DNA from: Escherichia coli O127:H6 str. E2348/69
GTDB taxonomy: Bacteria; Pseudomonadota; Gammaproteobacteria; Enterobacterales; Enterobacteriaceae
Reading direction: 5' to 3' (one strand)
NCBI RefSeq assembly: GCF_000026545.1
Contig: NC_011601.1
DNA: 64,000 nucleotides
Below the pieces are notes generated by a model, which did no database searches, was not told where the DNA came from, and saw only the letters and a program-made list of their open reading frames with translations. The position numbers and the translations under genes are program-made. Below are positions 48,690-57,607 of the stretch, one piece after another (positions within the stretch are counted from its first letter, which is position 1; every line of letters begins with the position of its first letter).

Positions 48690-51422
48690 TCAGGTCTTTC
48701 TTATTAACCATGCTTCCAGAGCGGCAACACTGCGTGTAATTTCTTCGTGTGGAAGGGGGGCAGATAATGGCTGCTGCTCCAGTTGTGCGCATTGCTGGCT
48801 GGCGCTACGCATTCCCAGACTCGAGCAACTGCTTTTTAGCTGATGTGCGGCACGCTTTATTTTCTCGTTATCCTGACTGGCGCGGGCAATGTCGATTTCA
48901 TCGAGAAGCGGCAGGGCATGTTGTTTAAATAATATCAGCCATTCGTGGAGCTTCTCCGCCCCCATTAAATGAGCATCTTCATTGAGTTGCGATACATCCA
49001 GTGGTTGATCGTTATTGACTTGCAGTTGGAGATAGTGCGCCAGTAATTGACCGAGCACTTCACGCGGCACCGGTTTAGGGATAATCCCGCGAAATAGCGA
49101 ACTGGTACGCTGTCGCAGTGTTTCGTCAATGACATGGGCGCTAAAGCCAATCAAAACCAGTGACGGATATTGCTGTGCCAGTTGCCGGGCAAGGGTAATG
49201 CCGTCGATATCCGGCAGATCAAAATCCACCAGTGCGGCAGCAAACGGTTCGCTATTTTGCAATGCCTCTATTGCCTGCGCGGCATTTCCTACGGCAACGA
49301 CCTGCGCACCACTGGTGTTCAGCATTTCGACAGTAATTCGCTGGGTGAGCGGGTTATCTTCAATTAACAGCAAACGCAAATCGTCCAGACGTACCGCCTG
49401 ATTGACTGTTTTGGGCACGGGTGCAGTGGCAATACGTAACGGCAAGCGTAAACAAAAACAGCTTCCAACCTCCGGCGTGCTGGTGGCGCTCAGTTCGCCA
49501 CCCATCGCCTGGGCCAGGCGGCTACTGATAGTCAGCCCCAGCCCGGTGCCGCCGCGTTTGCCGCTAACCTGAACAAATGGCTGGAAGATTTTAGCCAGTT
49601 TCGCGGGATCAATACCGCAGCCGCTGTCTTCCACTTCGACCAGCCATTGTTCGCCATCAGTGCGACTACGCAGAATAATGTGCCCTTCGTCGGTGAAACG
49701 CAGGGCGTTGCTCAACAGGTTGGTAATGACCTGACGAATACGCCGCGGATCGCCCATTAACGCAGTCGGTACATCGTCGGCAATTTCTGTTGCCAGGCGA
49801 ATCGGGCGACCTTTCACCCTTCCGCTCATTAATTGCAGGGTACTTTCCAGCAGCGGGCGCGGTTCAAAGGGTTCATCGCTGACCGAAACATTCTTGCCGC
49901 CTGCTTCGATAGCCGAATAATCGAGAATATCGTTGAGGATGGTCAGCAACGATTCACCAGAGTCGGTAATCGCCCGCAAATCATCGCGCTGGGCGTTAAG
50001 TGCGGGGTTATCTGCCAGCAACTGTGCGGTGCCGAGAATACCGTACAGCGGTGTGCGGATCTCATGGCTCATCGCCGCCAGAAACGCTGATTTTGCCTGG
50101 TTGGCTTTTTCTGCTTCCGCCCGTGCCTGTCGGTGTTCTATCACCAGTTCCTGCAATTCAGCTGTACGCGCTTTGACCTGCGCCGCCAACTGTTCACGGT
50201 GGCGATTCAGTGCATGAACACTGCTGCGAAACGCATCCATCAGCCGCCCGATGGTATCCAGCTCCCGTACGCCAGCGGTTTCCGGGAAAGGGGAGTCAAT
50301 ATCACCGTCCAGCAGTCGTTGCAGCGCCTGCGTTTGTTCGGCAAGTGGACGCGTGACTGAGCGATAAACCACGCGCCAGAGGATCAGTATCAGTGCGCAA
50401 AGTGAAACCATCCCCAGCAATAACAGGCTGTATTGCCCGCGTGCACTGGCTTTTTCCAGATGCGCCAGTCCGTGCTGATTACGCAGCTCAATGGTGTCGA
50501 CCAGCTGACTGACTTCGCTACTAAACTGCGCGAATTGGGCGATGTTATTTTGGGCGAGAGTTTGCAGGTGATTGCTGATTTCACTGTCCTGCTGATACAG
50601 CGCCAGCAAATCGCTATATTGGCTAACGGTAGTTAACGTTGTTGCTACCTGAGTACGAACACCCGGATCTTCAATGCGTATTTGCCGACGTTGCAGAATT
50701 TTCACCGCATTATTGAGCTGCTTTTCCAGCGTTGGCGCATTTTTCTGGATCTGTTCCAGCCCCAGATTCATCACCATTTGCTGCACCCGCAGGGCGCTAA
50801 GGCGCAGTTCATTCATCTGGTTAACATACTCAAGATCGATATCAATCAGCCGATCGAGTGCACTTTCTGCGGCCTGACGCTGATGTTGTTCGATCAAATC
50901 GTAAATCCCGGCCTGGGTCGCTCCGGCGGAGGTTGCCGCATTATTCGCCTGACCTTGCGCCAGGCGTGCGATCTCATCGGCGGCGGCGACTATCTGCTGA
51001 CTGAGTTGCTGTTGTTGCTGGCGCAGTTGCAAACGCTGTCCCACCAGTTCCCCTTGCTGACGTAACGAACGGGAGATCTCCTGCTCCTGTTGTTCAATAG
51101 CGGTGGTGTCAAAACCTTGTTCCCGTAACGCTTGCAGCAACGCATTAATCTTCAGGCTTTGTGCGGTGAGCATTCGCCCCTGCGCCTGCCACATCTTTTC
51201 GTTATCGGCACTGGTCAGGTTCTGCGCGGCGAAAAGTTCCCAGGCGCTGGCTTCGCTCAACTGGCGCGCCATATTCATGGTAGGAATCAATGCCTGAGTG
51301 TTGTCTTTTTCCACCTGGCTGATAAAGCGCAGGTTGTACCATCCCACCAGGGTACTGGTCAGGGTTAACAGCGCCATCAGGGCAAAGCCCATCCAGAGTC
51401 TTCGGGTCAGGGTTAAATTCAC
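48690..51422 (-). CDS. torS: TMAO sensor hybrid histidine kinase TorS
   Basis: 910-aa ORF with HAMP, HisKA (SHEIRTP), ATPase, receiver (DFDLPDIDG) and HPt domains; GTG start at 51422. Confidence 0.9.
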   Translation of the reverse strand: MNLTLTRRLWMGFALMALLTLTSTLVGWYNLRFISQVEKDNTQALIPTMNMARQLSEASAWELFAAQNLTSADNEKMWQAQGRMLTAQSLKINALLQALREQGFDTTAIEQQEQEISRSLRQQGELVGQRLQLRQQQQQLSQQIVAAADEIARLAQGQANNAATSAGATQAGIYDLIEQHQRQAAESALDRLIDIDLEYVNQMNELRLSALRVQQMVMNLGLEQIQKNAPTLEKQLNNAVKILQRRQIRIEDPGVRTQVATTLTTVSQYSDLLALYQQDSEISNHLQTLAQNNIAQFAQFSSEVSQLVDTIELRNQHGLAHLEKASARGQYSLLLLGMVSLCALILILWRVVYRSVTRPLAEQTQALQRLLDGDIDSPFPETAGVRELDTIGRLMDAFRSSVHALNRHREQLAAQVKARTAELQELVIEHRQARAEAEKANQAKSAFLAAMSHEIRTPLYGILGTAQLLADNPALNAQRDDLRAITDSGESLLTILNDILDYSAIEAGGKNVSVSDEPFEPRPLLESTLQLMSGRVKGRPIRLATEIADDVPTALMGDPRRIRQVITNLLSNALRFTDEGHIILRSRTDGEQWLVEVEDSGCGIDPAKLAKIFQPFVQVSGKRGGTGLGLTISSRLAQAMGGELSATSTPEVGSCFCLRLPLRIATAPVPKTVNQAVRLDDLRLLLIEDNPLTQRITVEMLNTSGAQVVAVGNAAQAIEALQNSEPFAAALVDFDLPDIDGITLARQLAQQYPSLVLIGFSAHVIDETLRQRTSSLFRGIIPKPVPREVLGQLLAHYLQLQVNNDQPLDVSQLNEDAHLMGAEKLHEWLILFKQHALPLLDEIDIARASQDNEKIKRAAHQLKSSCSSLGMRSASQQCAQLEQQPLSAPLPHEEITRSVAALEAWLIRKT

Positions 51423-51516
51423 GGTCGGTGCACTTTGGGTGAATAAGTTGTATATTTAAAATCTCTTTAATTATCAGTAAATTAATGTAAGTAGGTCATT
51501 ATTAGTCAAAATAAAA
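51423..51516. other. attL region (bacterial/phage junction plus P' arm) between torS start and int stop
   Basis: Only 94 bp separate the torS start from the int stop; the junction must lie here, core not resolved by eye. Confidence 0.5.
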
Positions 51517-52590
51517 TCATTTGTCGATTTCAATTTTGTCCCATTCCCGTCCACGGCTGTCCCTATACCGCGCCGCCATTGAATCTGATTTATGCCCGAG
51601 AAGACGTTGAGCAAACTTATCGCCAATCTGGTTCCGGTATAGCCTCGCTGACAGGCTACGCAGTTCATGGAATGTTGGCGGGTTTCCATCAAATGAGAGG
51701 CCAGATGCATTTCTCGCCTTTGTAAAATACTTTGATACTGTTTTCGGGGAAAGCGGATCGTGATGCTTTGATGCGATTATAGTTTCACTGCTGCTGGCCT
51801 CCCTGCATTTCTGTAGTGTATCAGCCAATGAGATATTGAGCGCGTCAATCGTTAGCGTTAGCGGAATGGCGAGTTTAGCCCCTGTTTTACTCTGTTTAAT
51901 GTGAAGATGGTTGTCGTTTATGTCTGACCATTTCATTCTGCACAAATCGCCGACTCTCTGCCCTGTAACGACGGCCAAATCCATCGCCAGCCTTAGCCAG
52001 ATAGGGAGAGGTTCGGCTGCATGGTAAATCTCGACATACTCATTAGCTGTCAGCCTTGAGCGCCTTACTTCTGACTTTGCTGTACGGGTTGCTGTTACCG
52101 GATTCGTTGCCACATGCCCCTCGGCTATTGCTTCACGAAAAACGTCAACAAGGGTTGACCTGATTAATTTTGCGGAAGCTGCTTTACCTTCTGCTACGTA
52201 GGTGTTTAGCATTGCTGCCACTTCTTTCGTTGATATGTCAGTGAGCGGTTTGTCCGGCAATTTTCTTCGGATTGCCCTGATTTTGCTGGCGTAGTCGAGT
52301 AGAGTTTTCGGCCTGATCCCCCTTTCGGTGAGGATTGTTTCATATCGGTCAAGCCACACATGAAGAGTGATTGCGTCACCGCCTTTAATTCTGTCTATCA
52401 GTGATTTGCGTCCGCTGTCTGAGAGTAACTCAATATTGGCCTGTATTGCTTCAGTGATTGCTATCCTCCTGTCTCGGCCTAATCCAAACTCTTTACCCGT
52501 CCTTGGGTCCCTGTAGCAGTAATATCCATTGTTTCTTATATAAAGGTTAGGGGGTAAATCCCGGCGCTCATGACTTCGCCTTCTTCCCAT
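51517..52590 (-). CDS. int: lambda-family tyrosine integrase
   Basis: 357 aa; N-terminus MGRRRSHERRDLPPNLYIRNNGYYCYRDPRTGKEFGLGRDRRIAITEAIQANIEL matches lambda Int arm-binding domain; catalytic region diverges (HK022-like?). Confidence 0.95.
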   Translation of the reverse strand: MGRRRSHERRDLPPNLYIRNNGYYCYRDPRTGKEFGLGRDRRIAITEAIQANIELLSDSGRKSLIDRIKGGDAITLHVWLDRYETILTERGIRPKTLLDYASKIRAIRRKLPDKPLTDISTKEVAAMLNTYVAEGKAASAKLIRSTLVDVFREAIAEGHVATNPVTATRTAKSEVRRSRLTANEYVEIYHAAEPLPIWLRLAMDLAVVTGQRVGDLCRMKWSDINDNHLHIKQSKTGAKLAIPLTLTIDALNISLADTLQKCREASSSETIIASKHHDPLSPKTVSKYFTKARNASGLSFDGNPPTFHELRSLSARLYRNQIGDKFAQRLLGHKSDSMAARYRDSRGREWDKIEIDK

Positions 52591-52786
52591 TTCTGATCCT
52601 CTTCAAAAGGCTACCTGTTACTGGTCGATTTAAGTCAACCTTTACCGCTGATTCGTGGAACAGATACTCTCTTCCATCCTTAACCGGAGGAGGGAATATC
52701 CTGCACTCGCGTACCCATCGACGAACTGTTTCAAGGCTTCTTGGGCGTCGCTGGCGTGCGTTCCACTCCTGAAGTGTCAAGTACAT
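52568..52786 (-). CDS. xis: excisionase
   Basis: 72 aa MYLTLQEWNARQRRPRSLETVRRWVRECRIFPPPVKDGREYLF, essentially lambda Xis; overlaps int start. Confidence 0.95.
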   Translation of the reverse strand: MYLTLQEWNARQRRPRSLETVRRWVRECRIFPPPVKDGREYLFHESAVKVDLNRPVTGSLLKRIRNGKKAKS

Positions 52787-52825
52787 CGCAAAGTCTCCGC
52801 AATTACACGCAAGAAAAAACCGCCA

Positions 52826-52993
52826 TCAGGCGGCTTGGTGTTCTTTCAGTTCTTCAATTCGAATATTGGTTACGTCTGCATGTGCTATCTGTGCCCATAT
52901 CATCCAGTGGTCATAGCAGTCGTTGATGTTCTCTGCTTCGATAACTCTGTTGAATGGCTCTCCATTCCATTCACCTGTGACTCGGAAGTGCAT
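52826..52993 (-). CDS. small hypothetical phage protein (55 aa)
   Basis: Hand-translated minus-strand ORF MHFRVTGEWNGEPFNRVIEAENINDCYDHWMIWAQIAHADVTNIRIEELKEHQAA between xis and ea8.5; not in ORF track. Confidence 0.3.
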   Translation of the reverse strand: MHFRVTGEWNGEPFNRVIEAENINDCYDHWMIWAQIAHADVTNIRIEELKEHQAA

Positions 52994-53081
52994 TTATCAT
53001 CTCCATAAAACAAAACTCGCCGTAGCGAGTTCAGATAAAATAAATCCCCGCGAGTGCGAGGATTGTTATGTAATATTGGGT

Positions 53082-53363
53082 TTAATCATCTATATGTTTT
53101 GTACAGAGAGGGCAAGTATCGTTTCCACCGTACTCGTGATAATAATTTTGCACGGTATCAGTCATTTCTCGCACATTGCAGAATGGGGATTTGTCTTCAT
53201 TAGACTTATAAACCTTCATGGAATATTTGTATGCCGACTCTATATCTATACCTTCATCTACATAAACACCTTCGTGATGTCTGCATGGAGACAAGACACC
53301 GGATCTGCACAACATTGATAACGCCCAATCTTTTTGCTCAGACTCTAACTCATTGATACTCAT
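53082..53363 (-). CDS. ea8.5: Ea8.5-like protein (Cys/His-rich)
   Basis: 93 aa, position after xis as in lambda; C19, C27, H29/H30, C62, C85, C88, H91 suggest zinc binding. Confidence 0.6.
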   Translation of the reverse strand: MSINELESEQKDWALSMLCRSGVLSPCRHHEGVYVDEGIDIESAYKYSMKVYKSNEDKSPFCNVREMTDTVQNYYHEYGGNDTCPLCTKHIDD

Positions 53364-53565
53364 TTATAAACTCCTTGCAATGTATGTCGTTTCAGCTAAA
53401 CGGTATCAGCAATGTTTATGTAAAGAAACAGTAAGATAATACTCAACCCGATGTTTGAGTACGGCCATCATCTGACACTACAGACTCTGGCATCGCTGTG
53501 AAGACGACGCGAAATTCAGCATTTTCACAAGCGTTATCTTTTACAAACCCGTATTCCTGCTCATA

Positions 53566-54234
53566 TCATTCTCCTTTGATGCGAATGCCAGCGGCGCGGA
53601 TAGATTTCCATTGTTCCCATATGCGGTTGAAGTCTGTTCCTGATAAGGTCGCGTTACGGTATCCAGTTTCGGTGCGCAATCCTTCAAGCGTCGATTTGGA
53701 AATACAAATTGAATGCATTACCCATGATTCGAACAAATCACGCTCCCGGGCTTCGCAACTTTGCTTACTCATCTCTTCGATACGTTCAGCCATCGCAGCA
53801 CACTCTTCAAAGTTACTTAATGCTTTTCGCTCCCATTCGGCGCATTGTTTTCCAAGCTCTGCAATCAGCTTGTCTTTGCCTTCCAGCTCAACTCGCAGCT
53901 TCCCTACCGTTAGCGCAATATCCTCGTTCTCCTGATCACGGCTTTTGATGTATTGCTGGTTTCTTTCCCGTTCATCCAGCAGCGCCAGCACGGTAGCTGG
54001 ACTGGCTGCGGCGATGAATTCAGCATTGGCCTGCTGTTCCATTTGGAAATCTTCATCGAAACCGCTTTCAGGATGCGCTCCTTCAATTATGCAAATGGGA
54101 ATATATCCAGCAGCCTCGCGATGAATTAGCGCATCATCACAATCAAATCGGCTCTCTCCATATTCGAGCGACCATACACCACACGTTGCTTTTTCTGCCT
54201 TGGCACGCAGTGCCTCATAGTCAATCTTGCTCAC
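53566..54234 (-). CDS. Ead/Ea22-like protein with coiled-coil C-terminal half
   Basis: N-terminal [18 protein letters not shown]... is the conserved Ea22-type start; probable GTG start at 54234 six nt after RBS aaggagg and overlapping upstream stop (alternative ATG at 54267). Confidence 0.6.
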   Translation of the reverse strand: MSKIDYEALRAKAEKATCGVWSLEYGESRFDCDDALIHREAAGYIPICIIEGAHPESGFDEDFQMEQQANAEFIAAASPATVLALLDERERNQQYIKSRDQENEDIALTVGKLRVELEGKDKLIAELGKQCAEWERKALSNFEECAAMAERIEEMSKQSCEARERDLFESWVMHSICISKSTLEGLRTETGYRNATLSGTDFNRIWEQWKSIRAAGIRIKGE

Positions 54235-54812
54235 TGGTTGCCTCCTTTGCGAATCTGTTCCGCCCATTCTTCAAGGGATTTCTCCGCATATTCACCGGAC
54301 AGGCCATCAATCGGGTGCAGTTCATTAGCCAACTCTTCTTTCGCTGACAGAATCATGCGTGTAACGTCGAAAACTTCACGCAAAGACTTATTGATAAATC
54401 CGTGGTTGAAAGCAGCAGCAAGACGGCTGGCGGTATAGTTAATCCCCTCGTTGCGTGCTTCTGCACGAATTTCAGCCAGAAAAGCATCGGTAGCTGGGGT
54501 GTCTGATTGCAGAAACTTTGCGCGATAGTCATTCCACCCTCTTGCATACATGGGATTAACTTGCACTCCATCTTTTACGCAATATGCCTGCCCTCCACGG
54601 TTGATAACCTTGATTTCGTCCATAGCGCCAGACTTCAGCCCCGCATTCTCCGCTGCCAGCGCCGCGCACTTGGCCTCAGCTTCAGCAAATTTACGCACCA
54701 TATATTCAGCATTTGTTTCGTTAACCTTTAAATCACATGAGATGCATTTACCTTTCAGAAATCCATCCATCTCAATTAGTGTCATTCGTTTCATTTCTTC
54801 CCACTCCGCCAC
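54231..54812 (-). CDS. hypothetical phage protein (193 aa)
   Basis: Long ORF in lambda b2/ea region, tightly packed with neighbours; no recognisable motif. Confidence 0.5.
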   Translation of the reverse strand: MAEWEEMKRMTLIEMDGFLKGKCISCDLKVNETNAEYMVRKFAEAEAKCAALAAENAGLKSGAMDEIKVINRGGQAYCVKDGVQVNPMYARGWNDYRAKFLQSDTPATDAFLAEIRAEARNEGINYTASRLAAAFNHGFINKSLREVFDVTRMILSAKEELANELHPIDGLSGEYAEKSLEEWAEQIRKGGNQ

Positions 54813-54973
54813 ATCGCATTCAGATATTTGTTTTGATTCACTGACGGAGAAGAATTTCTCTTAAGCAATTCCTCTCTCGATGGCATTGGCTTTACGCGTT
54901 GGCGAATAATCATTTCTGCCGGAAGAATGCCGGGATTGTATGCAAGTCCTCTCATGGTAAATTCCTCAGTCAT
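54791..54973 (-). CDS. hypothetical small phage protein (about 60 aa)
   Basis: Internal Met ([15 protein letters not shown]...) of ORF 54791..55105 gives a start just past the upstream stop. Confidence 0.3.
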   Translation of the reverse strand: MTEEFTMRGLAYNPGILPAEMIIRQRVKPMPSREELLKRNSSPSVNQNKYLNAMWRSGKK

Positions 54974-55259
54974 TACTGATAGCGCCATAGCGTGAGCGGT
55001 AATTACGCAGGCGCGGGTCAATTTCAGGGAAGTGTGTATATGCGGCTTTGCGGAATGGTCGTATTGATGTCTGGTAAATTCGCTCTCGTTCTTCTTTCTC
55101 TGCAAGCCATATACAGTGGCGAAATTCCTTTTCCTCTTTCGTTTCCTGCGGTAGCGACATTATCCGGTCGTAGTTTTTCCTGAATTTATCCAGCACCTCC
55201 GATACGGAATTGCCGGAACAGCGGCGCGGGTCATCCGCACCATACTGAGGCGCTGGCAT
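54966..55259 (-). CDS. hypothetical phage protein (97 aa)
   Basis: ORF immediately downstream of ssb. Confidence 0.45.
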   Translation of the reverse strand: MPAPQYGADDPRRCSGNSVSEVLDKFRKNYDRIMSLPQETKEEKEFRHCIWLAEKEERERIYQTSIRPFRKAAYTHFPEIDPRLRNYRSRYGAISND

Positions 55260-55272
55260 GATTTTCTCCTGA

Positions 55273-55779
55273 TTAAATTGCGTGAATAGCGTGACGAGGG
55301 AAGGGGAGAGTTACTGGTGCAAAGGGTATATCGTCGTCAAAATCCATCGGAGGTTCGTTGTGTTGTGCTGGTGATGATTGCTGCTGTGGCTTCTGTGATT
55401 GCCTGCTGGCTGCTTGTTGTTTGCTGTCGCCAATGCCGCCAAGCATTTGCATCACGCCATTAATTCCGACATGAACCTCGGTTGTGTAACGGTCTTGCCC
55501 TGACTGGTCTTTCCACTTTCTGGTTCTCAGCATTCCCTCGAAATAAATCTGATCACCTTTTTTCACATACTGCCCCACGACCTCAGCCAGTTTCCCGGAT
55601 ACAGCAACACGATGCCATTCAGTCAATTCCTTTTGCTCGCCAGTATTTTTATCTCGCCATTGTTCTGACGTGGCTATTGTCAGGTTAGCGAACGCTGTTC
55701 CTGATGGTGAGTATCGAACTTCCGGGTCTTGTCCTACCCGACCAAGGATAATCACCTTATTTACGCCTCTGCTTGCCAT
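55273..55779 (-). CDS. ssb: phage single-stranded DNA-binding protein
   Basis: 168 aa starting [23 protein letters not shown] (OB fold), Gln/Pro-rich linker, acidic tail DFDDDIPF. Confidence 0.9.
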   Translation of the reverse strand: MASRGVNKVIILGRVGQDPEVRYSPSGTAFANLTIATSEQWRDKNTGEQKELTEWHRVAVSGKLAEVVGQYVKKGDQIYFEGMLRTRKWKDQSGQDRYTTEVHVGINGVMQMLGGIGDSKQQAASRQSQKPQQQSSPAQHNEPPMDFDDDIPFAPVTLPFPRHAIHAI

Positions 55780-56487
55780 TTATGCTGCCTGTTTTAGTTC
55801 GTTAACTCTGATGTTCATTACCTGAACACATTTAGCCTGCGCCTCCTCGTTGCCAGCCATTAATTGCCAGTCACGCTGATAACGCTCGATGAGTTTTTTC
55901 TTGTCAGTTTCTGTCGCTGCATAATCGCTGAAGTCTTTCAGGATTTGTTCGCAGTCAACCGATGGAGATTTCTGGTTGGTATTTTCTGGTGATGGTTTGT
56001 TATCTGATGCTGGGATTGCCCATCCCGGCAGTGATGGAGGTAGCCAGTAAAATCCTGTTCCATCCTTCAGTTTTGCCCTGTGCCACCCCTGCTTTTTATC
56101 GAGAGATGTTTGTGCGAAACCTTCCTCAAGGTTATACAGATACCGACCGATTCCCCACTGAACGGCAGCGCGCTTCATTGCACCGGAACGACCGCCTTTG
56201 ACAGCTTCTACCTGCGTGTTTTCAGCAGCATCCCATTTGGTTACCCATTCGGAATCAATCCTGATTGATATGCCGCATTCAACGCCTCCGTTGTTGGGAA
56301 TATCGCGGTATTCATTGCGCCATCCTGCTTTGCCGCAAACATCGTCCAGACGTTTCATGATTGCCCGGTTCGTGACATAAGCCAGCACCATAGCCCACAC
56401 CTTGCCATCGCGTGTTTTACCGCTTTGCTGTATTCGCCATTCGATATCTTCAGGGCTGAATGGCTCATCGAATTTGTTCAAATCCAT
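55780..56487 (-). CDS. single-strand annealing recombinase, Rad52-like N-domain with Erf-like C-terminus
   Basis: 235 aa; N-terminal half has Rad52/Sak-type motifs (GISIRID, AMKRAAVQWGIGRYLY); C-terminal 50 aa (EQILKDFSDYAATETDKKKLIERYQRDWQ...) resembles P22 Erf C-terminus as recalled; adjacent to ssb. Confidence 0.7.
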   Translation of the reverse strand: MDLNKFDEPFSPEDIEWRIQQSGKTRDGKVWAMVLAYVTNRAIMKRLDDVCGKAGWRNEYRDIPNNGGVECGISIRIDSEWVTKWDAAENTQVEAVKGGRSGAMKRAAVQWGIGRYLYNLEEGFAQTSLDKKQGWHRAKLKDGTGFYWLPPSLPGWAIPASDNKPSPENTNQKSPSVDCEQILKDFSDYAATETDKKKLIERYQRDWQLMAGNEEAQAKCVQVMNIRVNELKQAA

Positions 56488-56586
56488 AATTCACCTCAGA
56501 ATGGACACGGCCCAAGGAAATAACGCTGATTTAATACTTCGACTCGGGACAAATTAAGGCATACCCGCATTCCTTCGCGGTCGCCA

Positions 56587-56745
56587 TTATGGCGATACCA
56601 GAGAGCTTTCTGCGTGTACATGCGTCTCTGTAACTTGCTCTCCTTCACTGTGGTTGCAAGTGACATGAATATCTCCTTCGTTACCGATTAATTCTTTCAT
56701 CTGACGAATGAATTCTTCGTCTGAGCAGTTATCTGTAAAACTCAT
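56587..56745 (-). CDS. small acidic hypothetical protein (52 aa), coupled to kil
   Basis: Hand-translated ORF MSFTDNCSDEEFIRQMKELIGNEGDIHVTCNHSEGEQVTETHVHAESSLVSP; its ATG overlaps the kil-like stop (ATGA). Confidence 0.3.
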   Translation of the reverse strand: MSFTDNCSDEEFIRQMKELIGNEGDIHVTCNHSEGEQVTETHVHAESSLVSP

Positions 56746-56894
56746 TTCCTGCGATACCACGGAAGGTTGATAGCTGATTTCATCGCTTTATTTGCTTCAA
56801 GCCACATTTTGGAATCACCAATAAATCTGGCTATTACTGCTTTGTTCTGTGCAGCACGAAGCATCTGGTGATTGATGGCTATTTCATTGCGCAT
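56742..56894 (-). CDS. kil: Kil-like host-killing small protein
   Basis: Hand-translated 50 aa MRNEIAINHQMLRAAQNKAVIARFIGDSKMWLEANKAMKSAINLPWYRRK; FIGD-x-KM motif and position next to cIII as in lambda. Confidence 0.45.
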   Translation of the reverse strand: MRNEIAINHQMLRAAQNKAVIARFIGDSKMWLEANKAMKSAINLPWYRRK

Positions 56895-57013
56895 AACGCC
56901 TCCAGTTGTTTCTTTGCTGCTCTGATTAATTGTTTAACTCGGCGTGATAATTCAGATTCGTGCGGGTAGAAAGCGGACATGACGCCGCTACCCGCGAGCT
57001 GAAAGTGCATCAT
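56879..57013 (-). CDS. cIII: cIII-like FtsH inhibitor
   Basis: 44 aa MMHFQLAGSGVMSAFYPHESELSRRVKQLIRAAKKQLEALCAMK after RBS aaggag; pattern resembles lambda CIII (AG...V...P.ES.L..R). Confidence 0.5.
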   Translation of the reverse strand: MMHFQLAGSGVMSAFYPHESELSRRVKQLIRAAKKQLEALCAMK

Positions 57014-57088
57014 GGGTAACTCCTTATATTTGATTGCATAACGAAAACGCCTCGAGTGAAGCGTTATTGGTATGCGGTAAAGCCGCAC

Positions 57089-57457
57089 TCAGGCGGCCTT
57101 GATAGTCATATCATCTGAATCAAATATTCCTGATGTATCGATATCGGTAATTCTTATTCCTTCACTACCATCCATTGGAGGCCATCCTTCCTGACCATTT
57201 CCATCATCCCAGTCGAACTCACAAACAACACCATATGCATTTAAGTCTTTCGAAATTGCTATAAGCAGAGCATGTTGCGCCAGCATGATTAATACAGCAT
57301 TTAATACAGAGCCGTGTTTATTGAGTCGGTATTCAGAGTCTGACCAGAAATTATTAATCTGGTGAAGTTTTTCCTCTGTCATTACGTCATGGTCGATTTC
57401 AATTTCTATTGATGCTTTCCAGTCGTAATCAATGATGTATTTTTTGATGTTTGACAT
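57089..57457 (-). CDS. highly acidic 122-aa protein in the lambda ea10 slot
   Basis: ORF with RBS gagga; C-terminal EFDWDDGNGQEGWPPMDGSEGIRITDIDTSGIFDSDDM; low GC; terminator directly upstream. Confidence 0.6.
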   Translation of the reverse strand: MSNIKKYIIDYDWKASIEIEIDHDVMTEEKLHQINNFWSDSEYRLNKHGSVLNAVLIMLAQHALLIAISKDLNAYGVVCEFDWDDGNGQEGWPPMDGSEGIRITDIDTSGIFDSDDMTIKAA

Positions 57458-57475
57458 CTATTCATATCCTCATAG

Positions 57476-57503
57476 ATAAAAAATCGCCCTCACATTAGAG
57501 GGC
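57476..57503 (-). terminator. intrinsic terminator between the 156-aa moron and the 122-aa gene
   Basis: Minus-strand hairpin gccctc-taatgt-gagggc followed by gatttttt. Confidence 0.7.
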
Positions 57504-57607
57504 AAAGAAGATTTCCAATAATCAGAACAAGTCGGCTCCTGTTTAGTTACGAGCGACATTGCTCCGTGTATTCACTCGTTGGAATGAATACACAGTGCTT
57601 ATTCGTA

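Noticed and set aside
52923-53318. 131-aa plus-strand ORF antisense to ea8.5
   Set aside because: Overlaps most of the ea8.5-like gene on the opposite strand; the minus-strand product is the conserved one.
54791-55105. Full-length 104-aa ORF downstream of ssb
   Set aside because: Its first 44 codons overlap the 97-aa ORF 54966..55259 in another frame; only the part from the internal Met at 54973 is kept as a low-confidence gene.
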